DNA of 64,000 nt from an uncultured Acidimicrobiia bacterium (GTDB lineage: Bacteria; Acidobacteriota; Terriglobia; Versatilivoradales; Versatilivoraceae): NCBI GenBank assembly GCA_963791795.1, contig CAWBTP010000020.1, positions 837-64,836 of the forward strand, written 5' to 3'. Made by a program: the position numbers and the translations under genes. The notes beneath the pieces are model-generated. The model ran no database searches and had not been told where the DNA came from. It saw only the letters and a list, made by a program, of their open reading frames with translations. This document shows, in pieces, positions 30,425 to 40,624 of the stretch (position 1 is the stretch's first letter; each line of letters starts with the position of its first letter).

Positions 30425-30494
30425 CAGTCTAGCAGGTGCCGTCGTAGACGATAGGCATCGGCAATGTGGCCGCGGCGGCGACAACCCGCAATAT

Positions 30495-30522
30495 TTGACA
30501 CGCCCAGCAGCAGTACTATAAT
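30495..30522 (+). promoter_or_regulatory. sigma70-type promoter candidate TTGACA-N16-TATAAT
   Basis: Exact consensus -35 and -10 hexamers, about 410 bp upstream of the flotillin-like gene. Confidence 0.35.
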
Positions 30523-30929
30523 AGTTGCTGTCTCGGTGAAAACACCCTTTGGGTGTGCCATTCGGGACACAGCAGGAAACGGCCTAAATCCGATCTCCAG
30601 GGAGACGGATGCGGGGGAACCAAAACAGCGTGCTTCTTGGTGTTAAGCGCGCTGCGGGGCGAATCCACAAAGTTTCGTGGTAGGGCGGCTTCCCAGCCCG
30701 AGCCCGTCAGCTAACCTCGCCGGCCTGAGCGGAAGGGAATATGAATCGGACTCTCCACATCATGCGGGCCATGGGCTCATTGCAAAATGCGCTCGTGGCC
30801 TTTGCTGTCTCTGCCACTCCGGCATCTCCCATTCCAGCCTTCCGCTGCGAAGCTGTTCGAGGCCTTGCGCCAAAGCCCTGAGCTTGGCTGCGGGTCCGTG
30901 CGCTTGACTGCAGCGGGAGGGCTGCAAAC

Positions 30930-33071
30930 ATGTTCATCAACATGATGTTCGCTGTCGTCGTGGGTGTAGCCGCGTTGTTTCTCGTCGCCTGGCTGGCGGG
31001 GGTTCGCTACATTCCCCACAGTCGTGTGGGCATCGTCGAGAAACTTTGGTCCGGGCGCGGGTCTTTGACTCAAGGCAGAATCGTCGCATTGAATGGTGAG
31101 GCGGGATTTCAGGCCAACATGCTACGGGGCGGCTTGCATCTTGGCTTCTTCCCGTGGCAGTACCGCATCCACAAAGAGCCGCTGGTGATGATTTCCGAGA
31201 GCAAGATCGGTTACGTCTATGCCCGCGACGGAAGCCCGCTTCCGCCGACTCAAACTCTTGGACGCATTGTGGACTGCAATCACTTCCAGGACGCGGAGGC
31301 GTTTCTGCAAGGCAACGGGCAGCGCGGCAGGCAAAGGGCAATTCTGCGCGAAGGAGTCTTCGCCATCAATCTGGCCCTGTTTGTGGTCATCACAGAAGAC
31401 CAGGTTCTTGCCGGCTCCATTCGGGAACAAGACCAGAAGAAATACAGCGAGTGGCAAGACCACCTCGAAGGGATTCACGGGTTCGCGCCGCTGGTGGTTG
31501 GCCATGGCGGGCAGCAGGTCTCGCGTGTCCCGGAACCGGCCATCGGCGGTGCGGACCTGACAATGACACCGATTGACACGATCGGCGTGGTGACGGTTCA
31601 CGATGGATCGCCTATCGAATCCGGCGAGATCATCGCCCCTGAGGTAAAGCCGGACGCTGGCAACCGCGATCACAATTACTTTCAGGATCCTGAAGCGTTC
31701 CTGGCCATGGGCGGACGCCGAGGAAAGCAGTTGCAGGTTTTGACTGATGGAACGTTTTTTATCAACCGCTGGTTTGCCACCGTGGAAGTAGGGCCGAAAA
31801 CGCTCATCCCGATTGGCTACGTGGGCGTGGTCGTCTCTTACTATGGCAGCAAAGGAGAGGATCTGACGGGAGAGGGATTCCGCTATGGCGAGCAGGTTGA
31901 GCCAGGCCAGCGGGGTGTGTGGAAGAAAGCCCTGCCGCCTGGGAAGTATTCCGTCAATCCCTACGCTGTAAAAGTCGAGCTCGTTCCCACAGTGAACTTC
32001 GTGCTCCGCTGGATTACAGGCCAGGCCGAAGCGCACCAGTACGACAAGGATCTGGTCAGCATCGAGCTCATCACCGCCGATGGCTATGAACCCGTGCTGC
32101 CGCTATCGCTGATCTTGCACATCGACTATGAGAAAGCGCCCAGCGTCATTCAGCGATTCGGAGACGTTCGACGTCTGATCACGCAGACGCTGGACCCGAT
32201 CCTGACTTCCTATTTCCGGGACGTGGCTCAATCGTCCCACATGCTGGAACTCCTGACCCATCGCGAAGACATTCAACGACGCGGCACCGAGGAGTTGAGC
32301 AAGCGATTTCGCGAGTTCGACATCAACTGCATCGCCGTGCTGATCGGGCGGCCTGAATCGAAGATTAAACCTGGATCGGTTCAGGAAGACCCGATCGAGA
32401 GGCTGTTTGACCAACTTCGCACGCGGCGTCTGGCTGAAGAGCAGATTGCGACATTCGCCAAGCAAGAGGAGGCGGCACTGCATTTGAAGGATCTGAACGA
32501 CGCCAAGTCGGCCGCGGAGAAGCAAGCTGAGTTGACCCAAACGAAGATTGATGTCGAAATCGCCGGCAACCGCGGTGAAGCTCAACTGGCTGAAGCACAG
32601 CGTCTGTCGAAGCGTGACATCGCGCGCGCTTTCGGTGAATCCCGATCCCAGGAACTGATGGGAAAAGGCCAGGCCGCCAAGATCGCTCAGATGGGTTTGG
32701 CTGAGGCTTCGGTGTTTCTGCAAAAGATTCGCGCGTACGGTGATCCACGTCTGTTTGCGCTAAATCTCGTGGCAGATCACTTTGCACGAAGCGCTCAGCC
32801 CATTGTTCCTGAACGTTTGCTTGTGATGGGCGGAGGCGCTGCAGGAGAGAAGATGGATTTGGGCTCCTCCAATGTGTTTAGCCAGTTTCTGACGCTGCTG
32901 CTGGCCGAGAAATCTGGCATCGGTCTGACTGAGGGAACCAAAGGCATGGAGGATTTGGAAAGGTTGACCGCAAATCTCACCAAGAAGTTCGAACAGAGTT
33001 TCGGGGGCGAGACACCGTCAGCCGACGTGGACAAGGCGATGGAGACTGCCATGAAACCGGAAGGTGTCTAA
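30930..33071 (+). CDS. SPFH/Band-7 flotillin-like membrane protein (713 aa)
   Basis: N-terminal TM segment, SPFH-like region, long C-terminal coiled-coil with EA-rich flotillin-like repeats. Confidence 0.8.
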   Translation: MFINMMFAVVVGVAALFLVAWLAGVRYIPHSRVGIVEKLWSGRGSLTQGRIVALNGEAGFQANMLRGGLHLGFFPWQYRIHKEPLVMISESKIGYVYARDGSPLPPTQTLGRIVDCNHFQDAEAFLQGNGQRGRQRAILREGVFAINLALFVVITEDQVLAGSIREQDQKKYSEWQDHLEGIHGFAPLVVGHGGQQVSRVPEPAIGGADLTMTPIDTIGVVTVHDGSPIESGEIIAPEVKPDAGNRDHNYFQDPEAFLAMGGRRGKQLQVLTDGTFFINRWFATVEVGPKTLIPIGYVGVVVSYYGSKGEDLTGEGFRYGEQVEPGQRGVWKKALPPGKYSVNPYAVKVELVPTVNFVLRWITGQAEAHQYDKDLVSIELITADGYEPVLPLSLILHIDYEKAPSVIQRFGDVRRLITQTLDPILTSYFRDVAQSSHMLELLTHREDIQRRGTEELSKRFREFDINCIAVLIGRPESKIKPGSVQEDPIERLFDQLRTRRLAEEQIATFAKQEEAALHLKDLNDAKSAAEKQAELTQTKIDVEIAGNRGEAQLAEAQRLSKRDIARAFGESRSQELMGKGQAAKIAQMGLAEASVFLQKIRAYGDPRLFALNLVADHFARSAQPIVPERLLVMGGGAAGEKMDLGSSNVFSQFLTLLLAEKSGIGLTEGTKGMEDLERLTANLTKKFEQSFGGETPSADVDKAMETAMKPEGV

Positions 33072-33120
33072 GCTTGACGGCACTGGTAGACGGACTTCCG
33101 TCTCCCAGTACCGATTCTGC

Positions 33121-33290
33121 GTGAAGTCCCCCTTACCAAAGGGGGCAAGGGGGTTGTCCTTTGATCACTACAGGAAAACCGGACCGGCAATCCCCTTGGG
33201 TAAGGGGGAATATTTCAAAGGTCGGAAAGAATATTCCCATCGCTGGATTCCCGCTTTCGCGGGAATGACGGTCTTGCGCCACTCTTCGGT
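33121..33290. repeat. composite REP-like repeat (GTCCCCCTTACCAAAGGGGGCAA hairpins plus GATTCCCGCTTTCGCGGGAATGAC)
   Basis: The same two hairpin motifs recur at 38405-38560 and partly at 2520-2680 / 3655-3745. Confidence 0.6.
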
Positions 33291-33439
33291 CGGGCCACAT
33301 TTCTGCTAGTCAAGCAGCACTCTTGGCGTTAACAGCCGGACACTCAAACGAATTAGCAGTTTTCAACCTCTGACGATGCCACTAGAATGTGGCGTCAACA
33401 GTTCGACTTCCAGAAGGAATTACTCGCGGAGACGGTCTG

Positions 33440-35890
33440 ATGGAAAACTACGAGAAGCTCGGCGCGTTCTATCTGGGCCGGCCTTACGATCTGAAGAACC
33501 AGAAACCCAAAGAGGGTCTCCTGCTCTACGACTCGAAGGATCTCGTGACGCACGCGGTTTGTGTCGGGATGACGGGCAGCGGCAAAACCGGCCTTTGCCT
33601 CAGCTTGCTGGAAGAAGCAGCCATCGACAATATTCCCGCTCTAATCATCGATCCCAAGGGTGATCTTGCGAATCTTCTGCTCACCTTTCCCGAGTTGCGT
33701 GGCTCAGACTTCGAGCCCTGGGTAAATGCCGATGATGCCCAACGCAAGGGTTTGAGTGTCCCGGACTACGCAGAACACCAAGCCGCACTCTGGAAGAAGG
33801 GGTTGGGCGACTGGGGGCAGAGTGGCGAACGGATCGCTCGTCTCAAGGCGGCAGCCGATTTCGCGATCTACACTCCCGGTAGCTCCGCTGGGATGTCCGT
33901 TGCCGTACTCAAGTCCTTTGCAGCGCCTGGCAGCGCCATTCTGGAAGACCGAGAGCTGTTGCGCGACCGCATCAGCACCGCCACGACGAGCCTGCTGGGA
34001 CTGCTCGCAATCGTCGCAGATCCGATTCAGAGCCGGGAGCACATTCTGCTATCCACGCTTTTCAATCAAGCCTGGCAGCAGGGCCGTGATCTGGATCTGG
34101 CGGGACTCATTGCCCAGATTCAGTCGCCACCAGTAGATCGAATTGGTGTCATGGATCTGGAGTCCTTCTATCCCGCCAAGGACCGTTTTGCGCTCGCAAT
34201 GCAAATCAACAACCTGCTGGCCTCGCCAGGCTTTGAGTCCTGGATGGAAGGAGACCCGCTTGATATCAATGCGTTCCTTTACACCCGCGAAGGCAAGCCC
34301 AGAGTTTCCATTTTCTCCATCGCACACCTAAGCGACAGCGAGCGTATGTTTTTTGTGTCGCTGCTGCTGAACCAGATTCTGGGCTGGGTGCGGAGCCAGT
34401 CCGGCACTACCAGCCTACGTGCTCTTCTCTACATGGATGAGATCTTCGGATACTTTCCACCCGTGGCCAACCCGCCCTCCAAGGCACCGCTGTTGACTTT
34501 GTTGAAGCAAGCCCGCGCCTTTGGCGTTGGCGTCGTCCTGGCAACGCAGAATCCGGTCGATCTGGACTACAAGGGTCTTGCCAACGCCGGTACGTGGTTC
34601 ATTGGCCGGCTTCAAACGGAGCGCGACAAGGCCCGTGTGCTCGAAGGCCTCGAAGGAGCCGCAGCCAGCGCATCATCAAGCTTCAATCGCCAGACGATGG
34701 AGCAGATGCTGGCCGCGCTCGGTAATCGCGTCTTTCTGATGAACAATGTCCATGACGACGGCCCCGAAGTATTTGAAACCCGCTGGGCGCTCTCGTATCT
34801 ACGTGGCCCGTTGACGCGAGATCAAATCAAGATTCTGATGCGGGCACGAAAAGCTGAGATGGCTTCCCAGCCCGCAGCGGCGACGGCTCCACCGGTGCCA
34901 GGGAAAACCGCTTCGGCTGAAACCGAAGCAAAGGCTGCAAATCAGCGTCCCGTACTTCCCCCGGAGATCAGCCAGTTTTTCATTCCTCTTCGCAGCTCTC
35001 AACCCTCAAACAGCGTCTTGAGCTATGAACCGATGCTGCTGGGTTCTGCAAAGGTTTATTTCAGCGACGCCAAAGCGAAGGTCGACGCAGAGCGTGCCGT
35101 CCGCCGCCTGGCGCGGATTACAGAAGACGCATTGTCGGTGAACTGGCAAGAAGCTCAGCCCCTGGAGTTCGACGAGTCCGATTTGGAGAAGGAACCACAA
35201 GCCGCAGCAGACTTCATCGCCTTGCCTTCTGCAGCCGGCAAAGCCAAGAGCTATGACACTTGGAAGAAGGCTTTGTTGGACGATCTCTACCGGAACCAGA
35301 CGCTGGAACTGTTTCGCAGCCCGAGCCTGGCACAACTCTCTCAGGCGGACGAGCCGGAAAGGGATTTTCGTATTCGATTGCAGCAGATGGCTCGCGAAGA
35401 GCGAGATCGTCAAGTTGAAGCGTTACGGAAGAAGTATGCTCCCAAGCTTGCTGTGCTCCAGGACAGGATTCGGCGCGCCCAACAAGCCGTCGAGCGGGAA
35501 ACACAGCAGGCACAGCAAGCCAAGATGCAGGCGGCTGTCTCTTTCGGAGCCACATTGCTCGGGGCCTTTCTGGGACGAAAAGCGGTCAGCGCCGCAACCT
35601 TGGGTCGTGCAACAACAGCTGTCCGCGGTGTCGGGCGTTCGATGAAAGAGTCTCAAGACATTGCGCGTGCCGGGGAGACGGCCGAGGCCATGCAGCAGCA
35701 GCTCGCGGACCTTGAAGCACAACTACAAGCGGAGACTTCGGCACTCGAGGTCAGTACCGACCCGGCAGCTGAGCTGGAAGGCATCACCCTCAAGCCAAAG
35801 AAAACCAACATCTCAATTACCCTCCTGACGCTCGCGTGGGCGCCATACTGGCGAGAGACTGGTGGCGCCAAAACACCGGCGTGGGAGTAG
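33440..35890 (+). CDS. HerA/FtsK-like P-loop NTPase (DUF87/YjgR-like) with long C-terminal coiled-coil domain
   Basis: Walker A CVGMTGSGKTGLCL is followed by IIDPKGD, then a Walker B-like LLYMDEIFGY and ATQNPVDLD. The C-terminal 350 aa are coiled-coil and low-complexity. Confidence 0.75.
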   Translation: MENYEKLGAFYLGRPYDLKNQKPKEGLLLYDSKDLVTHAVCVGMTGSGKTGLCLSLLEEAAIDNIPALIIDPKGDLANLLLTFPELRGSDFEPWVNADDAQRKGLSVPDYAEHQAALWKKGLGDWGQSGERIARLKAAADFAIYTPGSSAGMSVAVLKSFAAPGSAILEDRELLRDRISTATTSLLGLLAIVADPIQSREHILLSTLFNQAWQQGRDLDLAGLIAQIQSPPVDRIGVMDLESFYPAKDRFALAMQINNLLASPGFESWMEGDPLDINAFLYTREGKPRVSIFSIAHLSDSERMFFVSLLLNQILGWVRSQSGTTSLRALLYMDEIFGYFPPVANPPSKAPLLTLLKQARAFGVGVVLATQNPVDLDYKGLANAGTWFIGRLQTERDKARVLEGLEGAAASASSSFNRQTMEQMLAALGNRVFLMNNVHDDGPEVFETRWALSYLRGPLTRDQIKILMRARKAEMASQPAAATAPPVPGKTASAETEAKAANQRPVLPPEISQFFIPLRSSQPSNSVLSYEPMLLGSAKVYFSDAKAKVDAERAVRRLARITEDALSVNWQEAQPLEFDESDLEKEPQAAADFIALPSAAGKAKSYDTWKKALLDDLYRNQTLELFRSPSLAQLSQADEPERDFRIRLQQMAREERDRQVEALRKKYAPKLAVLQDRIRRAQQAVERETQQAQQAKMQAAVSFGATLLGAFLGRKAVSAATLGRATTAVRGVGRSMKESQDIARAGETAEAMQQQLADLEAQLQAETSALEVSTDPAAELEGITLKPKKTNISITLLTLAWAPYWRETGGAKTPAWE

Positions 35891-36222
35891 TTTCTGGGAG
35901 CGCGGGTGGGGCATTGTGCGTGCCTTGAGCGGCTATGCTTGAGTGAGCGGACAAGCTGTTACTTCGAACCTTGTCCTTTGTGTTCAAACCAGTTTTCGAA
36001 GCCAACCATCGTTGGGCGATGAAACGCGGAGAAGTGAGCCTTCAGCTCGAGCTCGCACGGCGCCGTGCTAGCAGTCCGAATGATCTGGCCGCTATACCTG
36101 CTCCGCCTCAGGCGGCTCGATTTGCGGGCCTCCTGCTGTGCCTGCTCTGTGCGGCTGTGGTCCTCATAGTCAGTGCCTGTGCAGTGTCTGTGTTTGGAAG
36201 TACTGCAATGAGGTAGAAAGCC

Positions 36223-36663
36223 ATGATTGTGCGTCCCGTGGAGAAAACAGACTGGCAGGAATGGTTGCGAATGAGGCGCTTGTTGTGGCCCTCAACCTCG
36301 CAGGCAGAGCACGAAGACGAGATGAGCGCCTATTTCATGCGGGGTGAGGGCTTACTTTCGTGGGTCGCCGAAAAATCGGACAAACGGTTGATTGGATTCC
36401 TTGAGGCAAGCATCCGTGACGTTGCCGAGGACTGTAACACGCGAAATGTTGGGTATATTGAAGGTTGGTATGTAGAGCCCGATTTCCGGAGAATCGGAGT
36501 CGGTCGTTTGCTCGTGAGTCACGCGACTCAGTGGGCTCGTGCTCATGGATGCAAGGAGATGGGCTCTGATTGCGAACTCGATAACGAACTCAGCGTGAAA
36601 GCCCATCTGGGCCTCGGGTTTGAAGAGACCTCGCGCCTGATTCACTTTCGCAGGATCCTGTGA
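36223..36663 (+). CDS. GNAT N-acetyltransferase resembling aminoglycoside 6'-N-acetyltransferase AAC(6')-I
   Basis: [23 protein letters not shown]...EH...[21 protein letters not shown]...[13 protein letters not shown] follows the AAC(6')-Ib/Iy architecture. The function is not proven. Confidence 0.6.
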   Translation: MIVRPVEKTDWQEWLRMRRLLWPSTSQAEHEDEMSAYFMRGEGLLSWVAEKSDKRLIGFLEASIRDVAEDCNTRNVGYIEGWYVEPDFRRIGVGRLLVSHATQWARAHGCKEMGSDCELDNELSVKAHLGLGFEETSRLIHFRRIL

Positions 36664-37307
36664 AATTCATGTCCCTATCTGATCTGCGGCGAGAATACAC
36701 TCTGACCGGGCTGGTTGAATCCGACCTCGATCCCAACCCGTTCACCCAGTTTGACAAGTGGTTCCAGCAAGCGCTGGCCGCCAGGCTCCCCGAGCCGAAT
36801 GCGATGACTCTAGCCACCGCAACCATCGAAGGAAAGCCTTCTGCCCGCGTCGTGTTGCTGAAAGGGTTCGATGATCGCGGGTTTGTCTTCTTCACGAACT
36901 ACGAGAGTCAAAAAGGCCGGGAGCTTTTGGCGAATCCGCTGGCAGCCCTGGTCTGCTACTGGGCCGAGTTGGAGCGGCAGGTACGCATCAGCGGTCGAGT
37001 GAGCCGGGTGTCCTCCGATGAATCCGAAACCTATTTTCACAGCCGTCCCCTGGGAAGCCAGTTGGGTGCCTGGGCATCACATCAGAGCGAGGTGGTGAGC
37101 GGGCGCGAGATTTTGGAAGACCGGTTGGAGGAACTGACCCAGGAATATCAAACCAAGCCAGTCCCTTTGCCACCCCACTGGGGTGGGTATCGTGTCGCAC
37201 CCGAGACCATTGAGTTTTGGCAGGGCCGCCCGAATCGGCTGCACGACCGGCTGCGATACACACTCCAAAGCGGCGAACCCTGGCTGATTGAGCGCCTGTC
37301 GCCGTAG
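36660..37307 (+). CDS. pdxH: pyridoxamine 5'-phosphate oxidase
   Basis: Full-length match to PdxH signatures ([24 protein letters not shown]; ...[17 protein letters not shown]). Confidence 0.9.
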   Translation: MKFMSLSDLRREYTLTGLVESDLDPNPFTQFDKWFQQALAARLPEPNAMTLATATIEGKPSARVVLLKGFDDRGFVFFTNYESQKGRELLANPLAALVCYWAELERQVRISGRVSRVSSDESETYFHSRPLGSQLGAWASHQSEVVSGREILEDRLEELTQEYQTKPVPLPPHWGGYRVAPETIEFWQGRPNRLHDRLRYTLQSGEPWLIERLSP

Positions 37308-37640
37308 CCTTCCTTCCTTACCACACGGTGAGCGATCAGACATCGCCTCATCTTCGATATCAATCTTCTCACTGGCTGATAGCGGTTCGTTGAAGCCTTC
37401 CCGAGCACTACCTGCTCTGATTCGCACGGTGACATTCGTCTCTGAACACGCCAGCGAATCACCCGGCAGTGGAATTTCACTTCGGAAACTTTTCTCAACA
37501 GGAGGTGTCTAAGGAGACTAGATGGCCGGACAATCATGACGTCATGATCCCTGTTTGAGCTGCGACATCGCACGCGGTTCTGCCTGGGTCGCGCTCGTCG
37601 CCGAGTGCGTCTCTGGCAAACATTCAAAGGAGATCACGCC

Positions 37641-38399
37641 ATGTTCCAACAGCTCATCGCCTCCAATCCTTCAAGAGCCTCCAGAAAACCGCTGACGTTG
37701 GTTTATTCAGCGATCATTCACGGGTTTCTCATATTGCTGCTGATCGCTGTTCCACTGGTTCACCGCGAAACACTGGCAAACCTGCAAACGCTGATTGCTC
37801 CTCCCCCGCCCTTCTCTGCGCCTAGACTTGGCGTTGTCAATTTAGTCTCTAGTGTCGGCAAACCCAAGCCCGTGGTTACCAAGCCAAACATTCTATTTAG
37901 ACCGGACTTCATTCCGCCAAAGATCGACATGAACGCACTGGGGACTTCAGAGAACACCGGAATCACAGGAGAGGTCCGTCAGACTGGATTTCCTATTGGC
38001 GAACCCGGCGGATCCGACAGGTTCCTCGAAGGGTTCGGGAACACGCCACGAGCTGTTCCCATTCCGGAGTCTCCTGTTCCAACGGAAAAAAGCGAGACAC
38101 TCATTCGCGTCATCCAGCGAGGTGGAGAAGTACAACATGCCAATCTCGTCCATCAGGTCAAGCCACTGTATCCACGGTCAGCGATCATCATGCGGGTTCA
38201 CGGCGCTGTCATCCTGGAGGCGATGATCGATCGGGAAGGACGCGTGGAGGGGCTGCGGGTGTTGAGTGGGCATCCGCTTCTGGTGCCGGCTGCCTGCGAG
38301 GCTGTCCAGCAGTGGAGATATCGCCCGACATTGCTGAATGGACAACCAGTGGAAGTGTTAACGCAAGTGACGGTGAACTTCAGCCTTGGAGCGCCGTGA
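37641..38399 (+). CDS. tonB: energy transducer TonB (TM anchor, Pro-rich linker, TonB_C domain)
   Basis: The C-terminal sequence VKPLYPRSAIIMRVHGAVILEAMIDREGRVEGLRVLSGHPLLVPAACEAVQQWRYRP is the TonB_C motif. Confidence 0.8.
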   Translation: MFQQLIASNPSRASRKPLTLVYSAIIHGFLILLLIAVPLVHRETLANLQTLIAPPPPFSAPRLGVVNLVSSVGKPKPVVTKPNILFRPDFIPPKIDMNALGTSENTGITGEVRQTGFPIGEPGGSDRFLEGFGNTPRAVPIPESPVPTEKSETLIRVIQRGGEVQHANLVHQVKPLYPRSAIIMRVHGAVILEAMIDREGRVEGLRVLSGHPLLVPAACEAVQQWRYRPTLLNGQPVEVLTQVTVNFSLGAP

Positions 38400-38404
38400 T
38401 CACA

Positions 38405-38560
38405 CGCAAGTCCCCCTTAACAAAGGGGGCAAAGGCCGCAGGCCTCGGGGCTTGTCATCGCCAGCAGAGATCGTGTGGTCGACGGCAGTAGGATTCGCCT
38501 CTGATAAAGGGCACCGAAATCCCAATCGTCATTCCGGCGAAAGCCGGAATCCAGTCTCTC
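38405..38560. repeat. composite REP-like repeat (same family as 33121-33290)
   Basis: GTCCCCCTTAACAAAGGGGGCAA and GTCATTCCGGCGAAAGCCGGAATCC hairpins. Confidence 0.55.
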
Positions 38561-39639
38561 TAGAGCGGAGGCAAAATGCTTGGTCCTCCTCCTACTCGGC
38601 TTTGTCCGAGGACGAGCACGAGGACGGAGAAACGCCTGTCCGGTCGGTCTACCCTACCAATGTCTGCCGCTCCTCGTCCCAACGCCAGCGTGGTTCGAGG
38701 AGGAACGAGTCGGACGCCGCCGAGCCAATACTCTTGCGGCTCCGTCTCCCACAAATCATGTTTTCCTTCCAGAATCGCATGGCCGGTTTCCGTCAGCGTG
38801 AAGTCGAGCTGGCGCAAGTGCGGATAGTTCTCAGAGAAGCCAAGGCCCTTACTCCCATCGACCCGCAGTATCGGCTGCCCGCACTCGACCATGCGAACCA
38901 GAACATCCCAGAGTTGAGCATCCCCCAGACCATACCCAGGCTCAGCGGCGCTCCACTCCCTAAAAAGCTCTGGAAAGCGAGTCACGTTCCTCGCGATGCA
39001 GTCCAGCGCCATCTGCTCCATATGTCCCAGACCATTCCTGACCGATGGAAAACGGCGAAGATGCAGGCCCAACGCCGATCTCAAAAACGGCAAGGACGTC
39101 GTATTCTGCGCAAGCAGCATTTCAATCTCTTGCGGGTTCGAGCTGCTGCAAGCCTTCCATGCACGCTGCGCCAACTCCAACTGCTCCGGTGTTACGGGTT
39201 GCCGCTCGGGAAACAGGGACTCCAGTTGTTCTGGCGTTAGCTGCCCAAGCCCGCGAAAGTCCTTAATGCCAGGAAATTCGCCAATGCAAATCAAACTCAG
39301 CTTGGTTGCGGCAAGATCCTGCCCTCGAAGCTTTCCGAGCAGATAGATCAGGTTGAGTTGGCAAAACAGGTCGAACTCAAACCAGAGCACGACTTCGTCA
39401 TGACTTGCCAGCGTTCCAAGAAATGCTTCTTGCTGCATGAGATCTTCAAAACACTGCTGGGCATCAGTGCTGATCGCACCGGCGAGAAAATCCGCGCGAA
39501 GGCGGCACCACTCCGGCACGCTCAAATTTCCCGGAGTCGGTCCCCAGATCAATGCTTCCTTCCACGCCAGATGCTCTCCAGCGAGTCCCGATTGCTTGAG
39601 CGTCTGAGCGGTACTTTCACCATTGAGCACATGCAGCAC
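38560..39639 (-). CDS. DUF1835 domain protein
   Basis: The N-terminus MLHVLNGESTAQTLKQSGLAGEHLAWKEALIWGP is characteristic of DUF1835. The 3' tail runs into the repeat, so the true stop may be earlier. Confidence 0.7.
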   Translation of the reverse strand: MLHVLNGESTAQTLKQSGLAGEHLAWKEALIWGPTPGNLSVPEWCRLRADFLAGAISTDAQQCFEDLMQQEAFLGTLASHDEVVLWFEFDLFCQLNLIYLLGKLRGQDLAATKLSLICIGEFPGIKDFRGLGQLTPEQLESLFPERQPVTPEQLELAQRAWKACSSSNPQEIEMLLAQNTTSLPFLRSALGLHLRRFPSVRNGLGHMEQMALDCIARNVTRFPELFREWSAAEPGYGLGDAQLWDVLVRMVECGQPILRVDGSKGLGFSENYPHLRQLDFTLTETGHAILEGKHDLWETEPQEYWLGGVRLVPPRTTLALGRGAADIGRVDRPDRRFSVLVLVLGQSRVGGGPSILPPL

Positions 39640-39649
39640 GCGGTACCTC

Positions 39650-40582
39650 TCAACAATTCATCGGTCGACACTGCACCCGGTGCCTCAATTCCTCGATTTC
39701 GGCCCTCGTGCAATGCCCACCACCGTGCAACGCATTCGCCGCTCCTGCGGCGGTGGCGAGCTTACCCAGCTCTTCGATTGGCAGACCCTGAATCAACCCT
39801 GCAACCAGCCCTGCAAGAGTTGCGTCCCCGGAACCCACCGTGTTGCGAACCTGGATGGCAGGTGGAACAAACAGATACCTGTCATCGTCCGATGCCAGAA
39901 CCGCCCCTAAAGCGCCGAGAGTAATCATCACCAACGCGGCAAACTTCGATTGCAGCACTTCTGCAGCCTGTACAGCCTGTTCCACGTTGGCAATCGGCAC
40001 ATCGACAAGGCTTGCGGCCTCTGCATGATTAATCTTCAGGATGAAAGGCTTGGCTTCGGCAGCGGGCCGCAAGGCAACACCCGAGCAGTCAAGCAACGTG
40101 CGCTTCCCGGCCGCCCGAGCCAACGCCATGAGCTCGGCATAGAGCCCGCCAGGGCAGCCTGGCGGCAGACTTCCCGAAAAGACCACCCACTTGCACGAGT
40201 CGAGCTGCTGTCGAAACACGGAGACCAATGACTCAACCTCATCTGCGCTGATTTCGGGACCTGGTTCGTTGACGACGGTCTGCTGCGTGCGCTCATCATC
40301 CACCAACAAATAACAGGTGCGACTTTCGTTCTGGATTGGACAAGGTCTAAATGAGATCTTCTCTTCCTTCAGTCCCTGCGTGATGAACTGCCCCTGTGAT
40401 CCACCGACGAAACCCGTGAGCACGCAAGGAACTTCCAGCGTGGTCAGCACCCGGGCGACATTTACGCCTTTGCCGCCAGGCTCGCGCCGCGTCGATTTGG
40501 AGCGATGCACGTGGCCGGCGACCAAATGATCCACGTGAACTGTCTGGTCCACGGCCAAATTGGGAGAAACCACCAGAATCAT
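39650..40582 (-). CDS. fruK: 1-phosphofructokinase/tagatose-6-P kinase (PfkB family)
   Basis: N-terminal MILVVSPNLAVD, GG motif and C-terminal DTxGAGD-like NTVGSGDATLAG. Confidence 0.8.
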   Translation of the reverse strand: MILVVSPNLAVDQTVHVDHLVAGHVHRSKSTRREPGGKGVNVARVLTTLEVPCVLTGFVGGSQGQFITQGLKEEKISFRPCPIQNESRTCYLLVDDERTQQTVVNEPGPEISADEVESLVSVFRQQLDSCKWVVFSGSLPPGCPGGLYAELMALARAAGKRTLLDCSGVALRPAAEAKPFILKINHAEAASLVDVPIANVEQAVQAAEVLQSKFAALVMITLGALGAVLASDDDRYLFVPPAIQVRNTVGSGDATLAGLVAGLIQGLPIEELGKLATAAGAANALHGGGHCTRAEIEELRHRVQCRPMNC

Positions 40583-40624
40583 AAGCTTGCTAATTCCACT
40601 AGGCAGCGATGAAGTTCACACTCG

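Noticed and set aside
30424-30930. A final attC-like site after the EamA gene (AGCTAAC ... GTTCGAG)
   Set aside because: The core-like heptamers are 155 bp apart with poor complementarity, and no ORF start follows at the expected distance. The array is treated as ending at or before 30424.
35971-36216. 81-aa ORF upstream of the GNAT gene as a small membrane protein
   Set aside because: The hydrophobic tail is suggestive, but there is no SD and no conservation evidence, and it overlaps a GC-rich spacer. It was left unannotated.
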